Shown one piece after another: positions 50,801-64,000 of a stretch of DNA of 64,000 bases. A model generated the notes under the pieces. It was not told the DNA's origin and made no database searches. It saw only the letters and a list, made by a program, of their open reading frames with translations. The DNA is from Gnetum montanum. Its lineage: Eukaryota; Plantae; Gnetophyta. The position numbers and the translations under genes were made by a program. Each line of letters opens with the position of its first letter. Positions within the stretch are counted from its first letter, which is position 1. The DNA lies in contig MNCI01001745.1 in the NCBI GenBank assembly GCA_015680685.1, positions 1,270,096 through 1,334,095 on the forward strand. Reading direction: 5' to 3'.

Positions 50801-53800
50801 ATCCCAATTAGTTTCACCAGCAACAACCTTATTATCCAAGTGGAACTCCACCATAGCCATATGAGTAGTATCAGTAGTGGTAGCAACCACAGTCATGGGG
50901 GATGCCACCACCATGGCAATAGTACCCTTACAAGTAGCTAGATCTATATGGGTACTATGTTCAACAATCCCTATCTCCATGTGACTCTTCCAATCACATT
51001 TCTCCTTTCCAGCATCACTACCACCCTCCGAAATATCACAAACTCATTCTCCAAGCCCTATGGGGAATCCCATATTTCATCCATACCCTCCTCATGTGCT
51101 TGCACCTATTTATCCACCCTCAACATAGCTACCACCTAGTCCATCCATGTAGGGTGAGCTTCTAGCTCAACCGCAATAGTGTAATGCTACAAGGATTGTT
51201 AATCCATAACTGGTTAGTCAACTAAGTAGTTCAGAACCTACATCTTGTAAAGGATCATAATTCTGATCCAATAGTCCTCCTAAGCCATCACAAACTCATG
51301 TGGTTGGTCACCTTGCTCCTTTATCATCCTCTAGAAATCATCAAATTGAGAGCCCTTCAAAGCAAATGCCTTCCAAGATTCACATTGTTATGTTAACTCA
51401 TGTCATATCTAACTAAATTAGGGCTACCAATTTTTCTAGGAAATTAGCCAATCCTAGAAGCTCCCTTATCTATTTGCAAATTGTTGAGAATGAACCATGC
51501 AAAGCTCTTCTAGATTTAGCTTTCAATGTTAATTTGAATTCCTATGAGATCTATACCACCTATAACATGCTACCTCTCAAGAAGAGCAATATTACTATTC
51601 CATTGGGACTAGTAGAAGATATTATCATCATTGTCTATGGGTGATCTTATCCTACCAATTTCCTAGTGATCAAAGTTGAGAACTACAAGAGGGATTTTCC
51701 AATCATTATGGGAAGGGTATGGCTAAGTACTATTGATGCAAGAATGGGCATCAGAGATCTTGCCTTGGAAATTTCCAGGGAAAATGCATTTAGAAGGATC
51801 AAGAAGAAATGAGTTCCATGCATTGCATATAGTGATATAGGGTGCAATTGCATGTAGAAACTCTGGTCCATGAAAAGAGCATCCATTTTTGCATGCAAAT
51901 AGTGTGCAAATGAGGTAGATATTCAAAGGTGCATGTATGTAGTAGCCACAAAACAAGAGGGCACCTAATGGTTGACAACTAATTCTAAAAGTAGCATAAT
52001 TTGCATGGAATCAATTGAGAGCCTAACATATGCCTATGTTGTAGGCATGGATGAATTGGAGCGAGTTCATTACTAGCTCTCTAATGACGAAAATGATGAT
52101 ACCTCTTTAGAAGAGTTGGAAATCCCTAAAAATTTTAATTAAGAGCCCCTAGAATTAAAAGCTCTAATTGCCAATGTGGAATATTCTTTTCTAAAAAATG
52201 AAAAGCTAGTTATAATTAATGCTAAACTTGCTCTTGAACAAAAAGAGAAACTATCAAAAGTGGTTAATAGATGGCCAACATCATTTGCTTGGTCATATCC
52301 TAGACTCACTAGGATTGATCCATGAATATGCCAACATCGTATCTATACCAATTAGGCCATGAAGCTAGCATCCACAATGGTGGCTAAACCCTAAATTAAA
52401 GCAAATTGTCAAGGAGGAAATAGAAAAGCTCCTTAAGGTAGGGTTCATCTATCGTATTGTAGATAGTGAATGGGTCAGCCCACTTGCAATTGTGCCAAAG
52501 AAAGGTAGGAAGTGGTGGGTTTGTATTGATTTCAAGATGTTGAACATTGAAACATTCAAAGAGCATTTTCCATTGCCATTTTTTGATCAAGTGTTAGACA
52601 CCATTTCTAGACATTACTATTATAAATTTTGGGATGGTTATAGTGGCTATAACCAAATTCAAATTACATCAAAGGATCAAGCAAAAACTACATTCACAAG
52701 TCCTTGGGGGACTTTTACATATTGGAAGATGTCTTTTGGTCTATGCAATTCTCTTGTCACATTTCAATGCTTGGTCTTAAGCATCTTTTACCTGCAAATT
52801 GGTAGTAGGGTGGAAGTCTTCATGGATGACTTTTCCACTTATGGCACTTCATTTAAGTAAACCTTGGACTGCCTTGAGCAAGTATTGAAAAGATGTGTGG
52901 AGACAAACCTGCAACTCAATTAGCAAAAGAGCCATCTAATGCTCCAAGAGGGCATACTCTTGGGGCACAAAATATCACAAGTAAGGACCTATGTAGGCCT
53001 TGAAAAGATAAGGCTCATCCAAGGAATAACTTGTCAATTGAAAATAGTTAAAGATGTCTAGTCATTCCTTGGACACATTAGTTACTACCAGCGATTCATA
53101 GAGAATTCTTCTAAGATTGCAAAATCATTAGTCAAGCTAACAAAGAAAGATGCTCCATTTTTTTGGACAAAGAAATGTAAAAATGCATTCTAAAAATTGA
53201 AGGAGAAACTCATAGAAACTCCAATTATATGAGCACTATACTAGTTTAGACTATTTCATATCATGATGGATGCATCAAATTATGCCTTGGAAGCCATGCT
53301 AATGTAGTTGGACGATCAAAAACATCCATATTACATTCACTGCCCAAGCTGGAGCATTGTGGGTACATAGCTTAATTACATAATAATAGATAAAGAAATA
53401 ATGGTAGTGGTGTATGCTTTGGAAAAGTTTAGGCACTATGTGCTTAGGTACAAATTGTTTGTACACACTGATCATAGTGCCATTCACTTCCTGATGAACA
53501 AGCCAACATTAAACCACCATATCATATGGTGGTTGGTGATCTTGTAGGAATTTGATCTTACAATGGAAGATCAAAAGGGGACTATGAATGTGATTTTCAA
53601 CCACCTCTCTTGGTCAAGATAGGATAACAAAGAGAAGGAGAGCCCACTCTTTGATCAATTTTCTAATGAACTCCTCTTTGCTAGAGCAATTAGTAACCAA
53701 GTGCCTACAAAACCAAAATGGTATGATGACATCCTCACTTATCTTCTTAGTTAGGAGATGTCACAAGATCTAGACCATGAGAAGAAACAACAATTTCTTC

Positions 53801-56800
53801 ATCAGGCCAAGCACTTCATGGAAATCAATAGACACTTTTACAAGGTGTGCAATGATGGCCTAATTCATTAGTGTGTCCCTGATACTAATCAACTATGTGT
53901 TCTCTAAGATGATCATGAGCACCCTTGTGGAGGACACTATATAGGGAGACACATGACCATAAAAGTCTTGATGTTAGGGTACTATTGGACAACAATCTTC
54001 AAGGGTGCCTACCAAATTATCTGATCTTATGAACACTATCAATGATATGGTGGGATGACCATGCCAATGGAGAAACCTCAATAGTGGATCCAACCACTGG
54101 AACCCTTCAACATATGGGGCATAGACTTCATGGGTTCCATCACATCCATGTCTAATGAAAAGATGTATATTATCATTGTCGTTTACTACTAAAATAAATG
54201 GGTAGAAGTAGTAGTCATTTCCAACTATACATCATCTACTGTTGCTCAGTTTTTTCAATAACACATTGTAAACAAGTTTGGGATGCCACATGCATTGATT
54301 TTTGACAATGGAACCCATTTTATAGGTACCACATTTTGCAAGCTCATGCAATGCTTGGGGGTTGAACATAAATTAACAACACCCTACCACCCCCAAGTCA
54401 ATGGTCAAGTAGAGGTTACTAACATGAAAATTATAAAGATCTTAATGAGAACTATTAGCAAATATAAGAGATACTAGAGCACAAAACTCAACGATGCCCT
54501 TTATGCCTACCACTCAATATGGAAAGTCCCTATAGGCTACTCTTCCTATGAGCTACTGTACAGGGAAACTACCACTAATTTTTATTCAATATGAGCTCCA
54601 CACACTTTCAACAGCCTATGAACTAGATCTTGACATGAGTCTAGCACAAAGAGAATGATTAATCAACCTTAATGTGCTAGATGAAAATTGATTAGTGGCC
54701 CTATCCTCAAATGAAGTACACAAAGCATTCAGTAAGCAACGACATGGCCTAAGAACAAGGAAAGTCAAATTTCAACCTAGAGATAAGGTCCTCTACTAGA
54801 ACCCCACACATGTTCCATAATAAACTAAATTTCAAACATTATGGAAGGGGCCTTATATAATTGATGAAACCTTTCCTTCTGGGACCATGATAATCTACAA
54901 ACCTGAAAGCCCAAATAAGAAAAAGTTGGTCAATATTAAAAAAATAAAACCTTTCCATGAGCTTAAGAAATCTAGTGCAATGAATACCTCATCAGATGAA
55001 CAACCTCGCTCAATCTTATGGATCTCCTTTTTCCAACTCAGTTGTGGGAGAGATGGCTATCCATGCTAACCATTTATGTCACTCCTCAATTTTTCTATTT
55101 TTTGTTTTATAATTTTTTTTCACCTTTTTGTTTTATGATTTTTCATATTTTATAGCATTTTTTGTTTTACACCATCATTGATATGTTTGATTTTTCTTAA
55201 ATATTTTACACTTTCTTGTATAATTTTCTTTCTTTTGGGTGTGCTTTTCTAAATTTCTGTTAATAAAGTGCTTTGTGCCAATAGGACACAGTGGTGCTAT
55301 AGTTTTTTTTAATGGTGGTTTGTACTTATTATTTTTGATTGCTAATATCTAGTTTCTATTTTTAAATTTTGGTACCAATAACTAAGACATGGTTTCTTTT
55401 CTATGAAACAAGTTCCAAGTCCACAACATCTACCCATCCACAAACTCTATGGTTTTCCTTGTTTTGGAAGTATAAGGTCCCTTTTCATTAAGTAAAACTT
55501 TAAAAAACTTGTAACCTTGGTAGGTTTTGAACTTAGAAAGGATTCAAGGGTTTCAACAGGGTGTAACTTCAAAGGGACTTAATACTCTTTATACCCTTCT
55601 ACTTACTTAGGTGCATGAGTGTTTTCATGGATTTCTTACTATTCCATGTCGACCAATAATAAGAAGTCGAAAATTATTTACATGGTGTGGTTTCCATAAA
55701 AAAAAAACATAAAAAAAAATAAAAAATAAAAAAAATGATGATGATGGGAATTCAAAGCACACCCCTTAAATAGAATAATGCACTACAAGCATTGGTTATG
55801 GGACTAGAAAGACATGTTACCCATAACTAAAAGTTCCCTCTAACTAAGGTCATTTCTCACTTCTTGCTTTTATTTTCTTATCTATAAGGAATGATGTTTA
55901 ATCTATGGGAGCAAACTTATGTCTCAAGGGGGTGGACCAATCTTAGAGTGGTGATGCAAAGTCATTGAACATGGTTGGTTTTGGTTTGGACTAAGGCTGG
56001 AATTTATTAGGTCATTTAACCACAAAATTTATGAAGGACTTCATGTGACCTTAATCAAGAACTTCATTCTACTTTCACTTTCATCCATATATGCTCTCCA
56101 TGACTCACATCACTTCTAGTATCCATGTCCTTGTTTGATGTCTTGATTTGATGTGTGTGAATTCTTAGGTAGATTCTTTCGAGTTTTGGTCCTTAATGTT
56201 CATAACCATTTATCATTTATGGGGCCCATAGACTTCTTAGGTTGAGGTTATGGAAAGGAAAAAAGGGCATGTGCCTCTATGGGAAGGACCCACTTGCATA
56301 TCTCTTGGGATGGTTAGTTAAGTATCTCATCCTTAAACATTTCCTCAATCCAAACCTTCATGCGCCCCATCCGATGCATCCAATTATGTGCTCCTTAAGG
56401 TAATTTCTTCAATTAATGCATTCTCCAACTTCTATGATTACATCAAATTCTTGGATTTTTGGGACTCCATGGATCCCACTTTCATCAAAAAATTTTATGT
56501 ATTTTTTAAGAAATTCAAGTTGATAAATTTTGTTTACACCCTTCGTAAATAGGTACTCATCAATGGACCCTCTACATAGACAAGACCCTATTAACATAGC
56601 ACAAAAATAATATATATATACATGCCCACACTTCAAATTTTTCACATTTCCTTTCAAATGCCAAAGGTGTTTTTGCAGTTTTCAAAGCCTAGAACTTTCT
56701 AGAATTCATATCTTCCTAATTGTTTGTCCAAATCATTCTATTATTTAACCTTATAGCTACCATAGGTAAGCTCTTAGTCATGGGAGCCAAAAACCTAAAT

Positions 56801-59065
56801 TTTTTGATAGAAAATTTTTCTAAATGTTTCTAACTCCCACAAAGGTTTAATAAAGAAACCAACATGAAAACATCAAACTACAAAAGTTCAACCCTTCCAA
56901 CTAGCTCTAGTAATACTTTGAACTTAAAAATTAATAAAATAATAATAAAATAACCAATCTACCATGGTCCAACCTTAGCCTAAGTCTAACTAACTAATGA
57001 GACAATGTATCAAAGCATTATAAGCTACACATTATATATACTAATCCTTGCATGTGTTATAACCACAGATGGCACCAAAGGGGAATCACACATCAGAAGG
57101 AGGATGATCATAATCATGAGATAAATGACCATGTAAGGGAAGGGTCCAAGAATAGGCCCAAGAAGAACAAGCAACAACCCATGCTACAAGACATCTTAGG
57201 GAGGAGATTGAATTGGAATCTATTTATTAGATTCCAAAACAAGTAGCAGCAATAGAGTAATCCCACTGGGATGAGGCACCGGCTCCATAAGTAAAACTTG
57301 AGGTGACCTTGACAGAAAGTGGTACTCCAAGAGTTGAATTTTGACTCTTTCTTAGAGCAAGCACCTTAAGAAGTATAAGATCAACTAAAGACCTTTGCCA
57401 TGTGGCCCATCATCACTTCCAGTAGGGAGTGATACATGGAAGAGATGTTCTTATTTTGGAATAATAGGTAGGCTAGTTCAATGGTTAAGATCAAGGATAT
57501 TTCAATGTCCTACTTTGTGTAAGCCATTTTAGAGGCACTTGGGTTGTTGAATATTGAGGTGAATCTCATTGAAATTCTAATATAATTAGATCCCATCATC
57601 ATGAGAGAATGGATACAGGAGTGTTATGCATTAAGCATAAGAAGATTAGTGCACTCACATTGGTAGAGACAATCTACTACAAGATTGTGGCCTTTCACCT
57701 TAATCCAACGGTGAGGCCAAGAAAAATCACTATCTTCACTGCCTATGCATGTGCTACTCTAAGTGGTAGATTCCCTATCAATCTTTTACAGCTAATCTAT
57801 CTTGAGATAGAAAAAAACTTTAAGGAGAATGAATGTGGGAGGAAGACACTCCCCTTTCCATGCCCCATCAGAAAACTATATCAGAGGGGAGAAATAATTT
57901 GCTATACAAATGATAAAGTTTGATGTGCTCCATCTACTAATTGGATAGAGATGGTGAAGGATAAAGTTCCTACAAAATTCATCTAAGAAAAGGAGTAGCA
58001 ACCACCACCTCTACCATCCACTCAACAAATAGTGCCAGATATCATTGCAACTTCTCAATGGTTGTGAAAATTCTGAGAATGGCTCTTAAGTGATAAAGAG
58101 CAACAAGTAGGAACATCTAGTGGTGATCCATCTATGTACTAACCAACAATGAGTCACCTAAATGAAGTGGCTCAAATAGTTAGCTAGATAGAGGAAGGTG
58201 GACCAATCGTTTCAGCCCAAAGAATGTAGTTACCCTCAAGATCGAATCCTAGCTCTTAAGAGGTAATGGTATCACTCTCACAATAGTAGTAAATCATAGA
58301 AATCTCTAGGAACACTACTACTTCTTTAGTGTGCTTGAAGGAGGATGATGGGACAATAGTTTTGATGATGAAACACCAAGGGTAGGAGATAACTACAGAG
58401 GTGGTTGTTGATAGAATTACCGAAACTCTAAATGCACATGCAACATCTTTACCATATGTCTCTACACTTAAAGATGTGAAGACATTCATAGGAATAGTAA
58501 GTAGAAATTTGAGTGCATCATAGCATGAACAATTATTGGACCAACTGGTGGAAAGTGGACAACTGAATCTAGACATCTTCAACCTTTTGAAAAACATAAA
58601 TACAACCTAGTTAAAGTTGCTAGAAGCAAGGGGCAAGAACATCATTTTGGAGGGATAACTTAAAGTAAACAAAGAGCCAAATGAATGTTTGGCTATAGAG
58701 GTTGCCGAACTAAGAGCCCAAATTGCTGACTATGCATTCATCATTCCAACAATAACATAGGATAAAGCTCTTGAATAGCTTCACATAAGGTTGAAAGGGG
58801 TTAAGGGTGTAATGGAGAAAATGGTGTTCTATCAATCATTGTTAGAGGCCACTCAACATAAAATTCAAAAGGCATTTGATCAGACCTACTAGGAGAATGT
58901 ACAACTGATTGTAGAGAATCATCACTTGCAAAATATTAATTCACAAAAATAGTAGATGGTAAATTTCATCCATCAATAGTAGAAGTAGCTAGCCAGAGTG
59001 AACATTGAGCTAAGGAGATTAATAGTAGAAACTATTAATGGTTAATAGTTACAGAAAGTTAAGTA
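47857..59065 (+). mobile_element. Athila-like gypsy element: 5' LTR (47857-48789), Asp PBS, gag-PR-RT-RH-INT, env-like ORF; 3' end missing
   Basis: TGATGA..TTATCA LTR. TGACATCATTGCTAAGGA is a transition-decayed TGGCGCCGTTGCCGGGGA. Protease ALLDL (~51502), RT DGYSGYNQI and VFMDDFS (52492-52860), integrase DNGTHF..TPYHPQVNGQVE (54283-54477). No aRH seen. Confidence 0.9.
57069..59060 (+). pseudogene. Athila env-like / plant-transposon-protein ORF remnant
   Basis: Starts MAPK. GRFPINLLQLIYLEI..TLPFPCPIRKLY (57609-57923) fits the IN.G.LI..EI...LPFP.LI motif of Athila extra ORFs. Distal part is coiled-coil-like. Confidence 0.65.
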
Positions 59066-62000
59066 CAAGAACCTAGAAGAAACTACCTAAGAATTTTGAC
59101 ACATCAAATCAAGACATCGAACAAGAAAATGAACACCGACAATGAGGTGAGACATGAAAAGCGTAGATGGATAAGAGAGAAAGTAGAATGGAGTTTCTGA
59201 TTAAGGTCAAATAAAGTTCCTTATGAATTTTTTGGTTAAGTGACATGATAAAATTCATCTGTAGACCAACTAACCACATTTAGTGACTTTGCATCACCAC
59301 TCTAAGACTAGGCCATCCCCTTAAGACACAAGAGTGCTCCCATAGAACAACCACCATTCCTTATTTAAGAAGAAATGAGAAGCAGAAAGTGAGAAAGGGC
59401 CTTAGTTAGAGGGGACCTTAAGGCATGGGTAACATGTCTTTCTAATCTCATAACCAATTATTGTAGCCTATTTATTTTGTCTAAGGGATCTTCTTTGAAT
59501 TTTCATTAGCTTTTTTTAATTTTTTAATTTTTTATTTTTTGAAATGGGAACCACACCATTGAAAGACTTATTCAACTTCCTATTATTAGTCAGTACGTAA
59601 TGGTAAGAAATCCATGAAAACACACATGAATCCAAGTAAGCAAAAAGGCACAAAGAGTATCAAGTCCCCTTGAAGTCACACCTTTGAATTCTTTCCAAGT
59701 CTAGAAACTACCAAGATCACAAGTTTGTTAAAGTTTTATTAATGAAAAAGGAACCTGATACTTACAAAACAAAGAAAACCATAGAGTTTATGGATGGGTG
59801 GATGTTGTGGACTCACTGCTTGTTTCATGAAAAAGAAACCATGTCCTAGTTATCAATAACAAAATTTAAAGCTAAAATTCAGACACTAATAATCAAATAA
59901 CCAGATAGCACATGCCTACATCAAACAAACCACACTGTACCCAATTGTCAATAAGGCACATTATTATTAAAACACAATAAGAAAATCACACCAAAATAAA
60001 GAAAAATATACAAGAAATTATAAAAAAATTAAGAAAAATAAAATGTACTAACAATGTTGTAAAACAAAAATTGGAAAAAATTAATAATGTAAAAACAAAA
60101 AGGTGTAAGATAAAGAAGGCATAAAAAAAAAAGTTGTAAAAATAAAAAGGTGTAAAAGAAAAGCATGTAAAACAAAAAATAAAAAACTAATGAGCCACAT
60201 ATATAGTTAGCATGGATGGCCATCTCCCCCATGACTAGGTTGAAAGGAGGAGATCGAGAAGATTGAGCATGGTTTTCCATCTAATGAGGCATTTGTTGCA
60301 CTGGCTTGCTTAAGCTTGTGGAAAGGTTTGATTTGTTGCATGTTGACTAGTTGTTCCTTATTCAAGCTCTCAGGTTTGTAGATCAACATGGCCCCAAAAT
60401 AAAAAGTTTCATAAATGATATAAGATCCCTTCCACAATCTATAAAACTTGGTTTGTTAAGGTAGGTGTGTGGGGTTCGAAATTTGACTTTCCTAATTCTA
60501 AGGTCATGGCATTTTATGTTAAATTCCTTGTTCAATGCATTAGATGACAAGGCCACCAATCGATTTTCATCTAGAACATTCAAGTTTATTAATCTTTCTT
60601 TTTGTGCTAGGCTAAGAACAAGGTCCAAGTCATAGGCTATTAAAAGTGTACAGAGCTTGGATTGAATTGGAAGCATTGGAACTTTTTTGTAAACCAACTC
60701 ATAAGCAGAGTATCCTATAGGAATTTTCCATGTTGAGTGATAGGTCCAAATAACATTGTTGATTTTTGTGCTCCAGTCTCTCCTATATTTGCTAATAGTT
60801 CTTGTTAGGATCTTTGTAATCTCCCTATTGGTAACTTCTACTTAACTGTTGGCTTAGGGATGGTAGGATGTTGTTAGTTTATGTTCAACCCCCAAGTGTT
60901 GCATTATCTTGTAAAAGGTAATGCCTGTAAAGTGGGTTCCATTATCAGAATTAATGTACATGGCACACCAAACCTATTTACAAAATTCTATTGTACAAAC
61001 TAAGAAGCAGTAGAAGGTGTACAGTTAGTGACAGCTACTGCTTCTACCCATTTTGTATAATAGTCAACAATGACTATGATGTATGCCTTTTCATTTGACA
61101 TGAACATGATGGAATCCATGAAGGCAATGCCCCATATGTCAAAGGGTTCCAATAGTTGGCTTCACTACGAAGGTCCCTCCATTTGAGCTATCATTCAACC
61201 ATATCATTGGTAGCATTTACAAGAGTGGACAAATTGATGAGCATCCCTAAAAAGTGTTGGCCAATAATAGCCCACCATCATGATTTTAATGGTTGTACGT
61301 CTCCCAGCATAGTGGCCCACAAAAGAAACCTCATGAGCTTCCTAGAGAATTCGTAGTTAATCAACATTAGGGACACACCCACAAACTAGGCGATTAGCAC
61401 ACATCTTTTAGAGGTGCCTATTGATCTCTATGAAGCATTTCACCTAGTGAAGAAACTATTGTTTCTTCTAGTGATCCAACCCTTATGAAATCTCTTGAGT
61501 GAGAAGATAGATGAGAATGCCATCATACCATTTAGGCTTAGTGGGAAATTGTTTAGTTATAGCCTTGGAAAAGAGGAGTTCATTAGGAAACTAATTAGAC
61601 AATGGGCTTTCCTCCCCTTTGTTGTCCCATTGTAATTAAGACAAGTGGTGATCAACCACATTCTCAATAACCTTTCAATCTACCATCGTAAAATTTAATT
61701 CTTGCAAGATCACTAGCCACCATATGACACAGGGGCTCAGCATTGGCTTATTTGTTAGGAAGCAAATTACACTATGGCCTATGTGCACAAACACCTTGTT
61801 TCCAAGCACATAGTGCCTGAATTTCTCTATAGCAAACACCACTACCATTAATTCTTTTTTTGTGGTAGTGTAGTTTAGCTATGCACCCACAATGCTTTGG
61901 CTTACATAGTGAATGTAAAATGGATGTTTCTAATCATCCAACTGTGCAAGCATAACTCTTAAGGCATAATTAGATGCATTTTTCATTATATGAAACATTA

Positions 62001-64000
62001 TGGACCATTGAGGTGCTCATAGAATTGGAGTTTCTATAAGCTTCTGCTTGAGGCTCTAGAATGCATTTTCACATTCCTTGGTCTAGATAAAGGGATCACC
62101 TTTTTTTGTTAGCTTGACCAATTATTTTGTGATCTTAAAGAAATTCTCTATTAATTACTAGTAGTAGCCAGTGTGTCCAAGGAATGACCAAACATATTTT
62201 ATAGTTTTTTCTTATATGGTAATTCCTTGGATGACCCTTATCTTTTTGGAGTTGATCTCAATCCCTGCTTGTGAGATTTTTTGTCCCAATACAATGCCCT
62301 CTTAGACCATCAGATAACCCTTTTGCAAATTAAGCCGAATATTGGCCTCAACACATCTTTTGAGCACCTGCTCAAGATGGTCCAGGGCTTTCTTAAATGT
62401 AGCTCCATAGGTGGAGAATTCATCCATGAAGACTTCGACCCTGCTACCAATCTGCTATTGAAAAATACTTAAGACCAGGTGTTGGAATGTAGCAGGGGCA
62501 TTGCATAGGCCAAATGGCATCTCTTGATATGAAAATGTCAGACCAATGACTCATAAATGTTATTTTGGCCTAATCCTCTGGCACGATCTGGATTTCATTA
62601 TAGCCACTATAACCATCCAAAAAACTATAATAGTAATGCCAAAATATGGTGTCCAACACCTGATCAATGAATGGCAATGGAAATAGATCTATGAATTTTG
62701 CCATATTCAACAGCCAAAAATTGATGCAGACCCACCACTTGCCACCTTTCTTTGGTACAATCATGAGTGGACTAACCCACTCACTATCCACAATGGGATA
62801 AATAAACTTTTCCTTGAGGATTTGTTTGATTTTTTCTTTAATGATTTGCTTCCATTTGGTGTTCAACTACTATTGTGGTTATCTCTTTTACTTCATGGCC
62901 AAATCAATATAGATATGATGCTGGCATATCCTATGATTAATCCCTGTGAGTTCAAGATATGACCATGCAATGGTTGTTGACCATTTTTCAGCCACATTTA
63001 ATAGCATCTATTTCTATTTTGGAGCAATATTTTCATTGATTTTTACTGGCTTCCCATTTTTCAAGAATGCATATTCCATGCTAGAATGTAGAGTTTTTAA
63101 CTCAATGGGCTCTTGCTTAAAATTTTCAAGAATTTCCAACTCTCTCCAATAGGTAACATCATTTGCATTATCGAAGAGTTGGTGATGAACATGGTCTAGT
63201 TCATCCATGCCTATGACATAAGCACATGTTAGGCTCTTAGTAGATTCCATGCATATTGTGTTTCTTTCAAAATCAGCAATCAGCCATTGGGTGCCCTCTT
63301 ATTTTGTGGCTATTTCATATAGACACCTTTGAATATCTGCTTCATGTGCACACTACCTACATGTGGAAATAGATGCTCGTCTCATAGACTAGAGTTTCTA
63401 CACACAATTACACCCTATATTGTTGTACATAATGTAGATATTTCTAGGGAAAGATCTTTTATGCCCATTCTTACATCAATAGTACTTATCCATGCCCTTT
63501 TCATGATGATTTGGAAGTCCCCTTTGCAATTCTTAACCTTGATTACTAGGAAATCGGAAAGATAAGACCACCCAAACATGGTGGTCACAATGTCTTCTAC
63601 CAGTTCCAATGGAAGAGTAATGGACTAGTCTGCCAATTCCAATTGGATATTGCTCTTCTTAAGAGGTGACAAGTTCCATGCAGTATGCATCTCATGAGAA
63701 ATCAAGTTCATACTAGAACCTAAATTAAGAAGAGCTTTACATGGTTTGTTCTTAGCAATCTATAAACAAATAAGAGGACTCCTAGGATTAGCTAATTTCT
63801 TGGGAAGGTTTCCAGCCCAAATCCAACTAGATGTAGCATGAGTGAACATAATAGTATGGATTTTGGATGGCATTTGGTTTAAAGGGAACCCAATGGAATG
63901 GTTTGTAAAGGATGAGGTAGGAGTAAGATGACCAACTACCTATGTCTGTGAGGGCTTAGTAGGGTTGTTGGATCAGAAGAATGGTCTTTTACGAGCATGA
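59066..64000 (-). mobile_element. Second Athila-like copy, inverted: PR-RT-RH-INT and 3' non-coding region; continues off the right edge
   Basis: RT SEWVSPLMIVPKKGGKWWVC..FLDGYSGYNEI (62570-62866) and integrase remnants (60200-61350). Reverse-complement homology to ~51250-56185. Confidence 0.9.

Noticed and set aside
1474-63609. The many 60-110 aa ORFs as independent genes
   Set aside because: They are fragments of decayed TE reading frames or chance ORFs in AT-rich DNA.

Overview
Land-plant nuclear DNA. One intact host gene, an intronless TOO MANY MOUTHS (TMM) LRR receptor-like protein (40008-41639, minus), sits in a ~4.6-kb CpG-retaining island. Around it are ~59 kb of nested, heavily C>T-decayed retroelements: two Tat-lineage gypsy elements, several Athila-like gypsy pieces, three copia pieces and a LINE endonuclease remnant. 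The most unusual signal is in the two Tat elements. Both carry a homologous gene antisense to the element, seen as a multi-exon copy at ~26514-30120 (+) and as one exon at 1-222 (-). Manual translation of its N-terminal region gives an FCP1/SCP-type (NIF, HAD-fold) CTD-phosphatase-like domain with altered catalytic motifs, followed by an env-like/plant-transposon-type domain. Upstream of that gene in one element lies a 17-unit array of palindromic motifs spaced ~188 bp apart, and the same half-site recurs in that element's LTR. A 5S rRNA-derived Pol III promoter fragment also occurs at 24411-24476. All domain calls come from motif recognition by eye; no searches were run, and the boundaries of degenerate elements are approximate.
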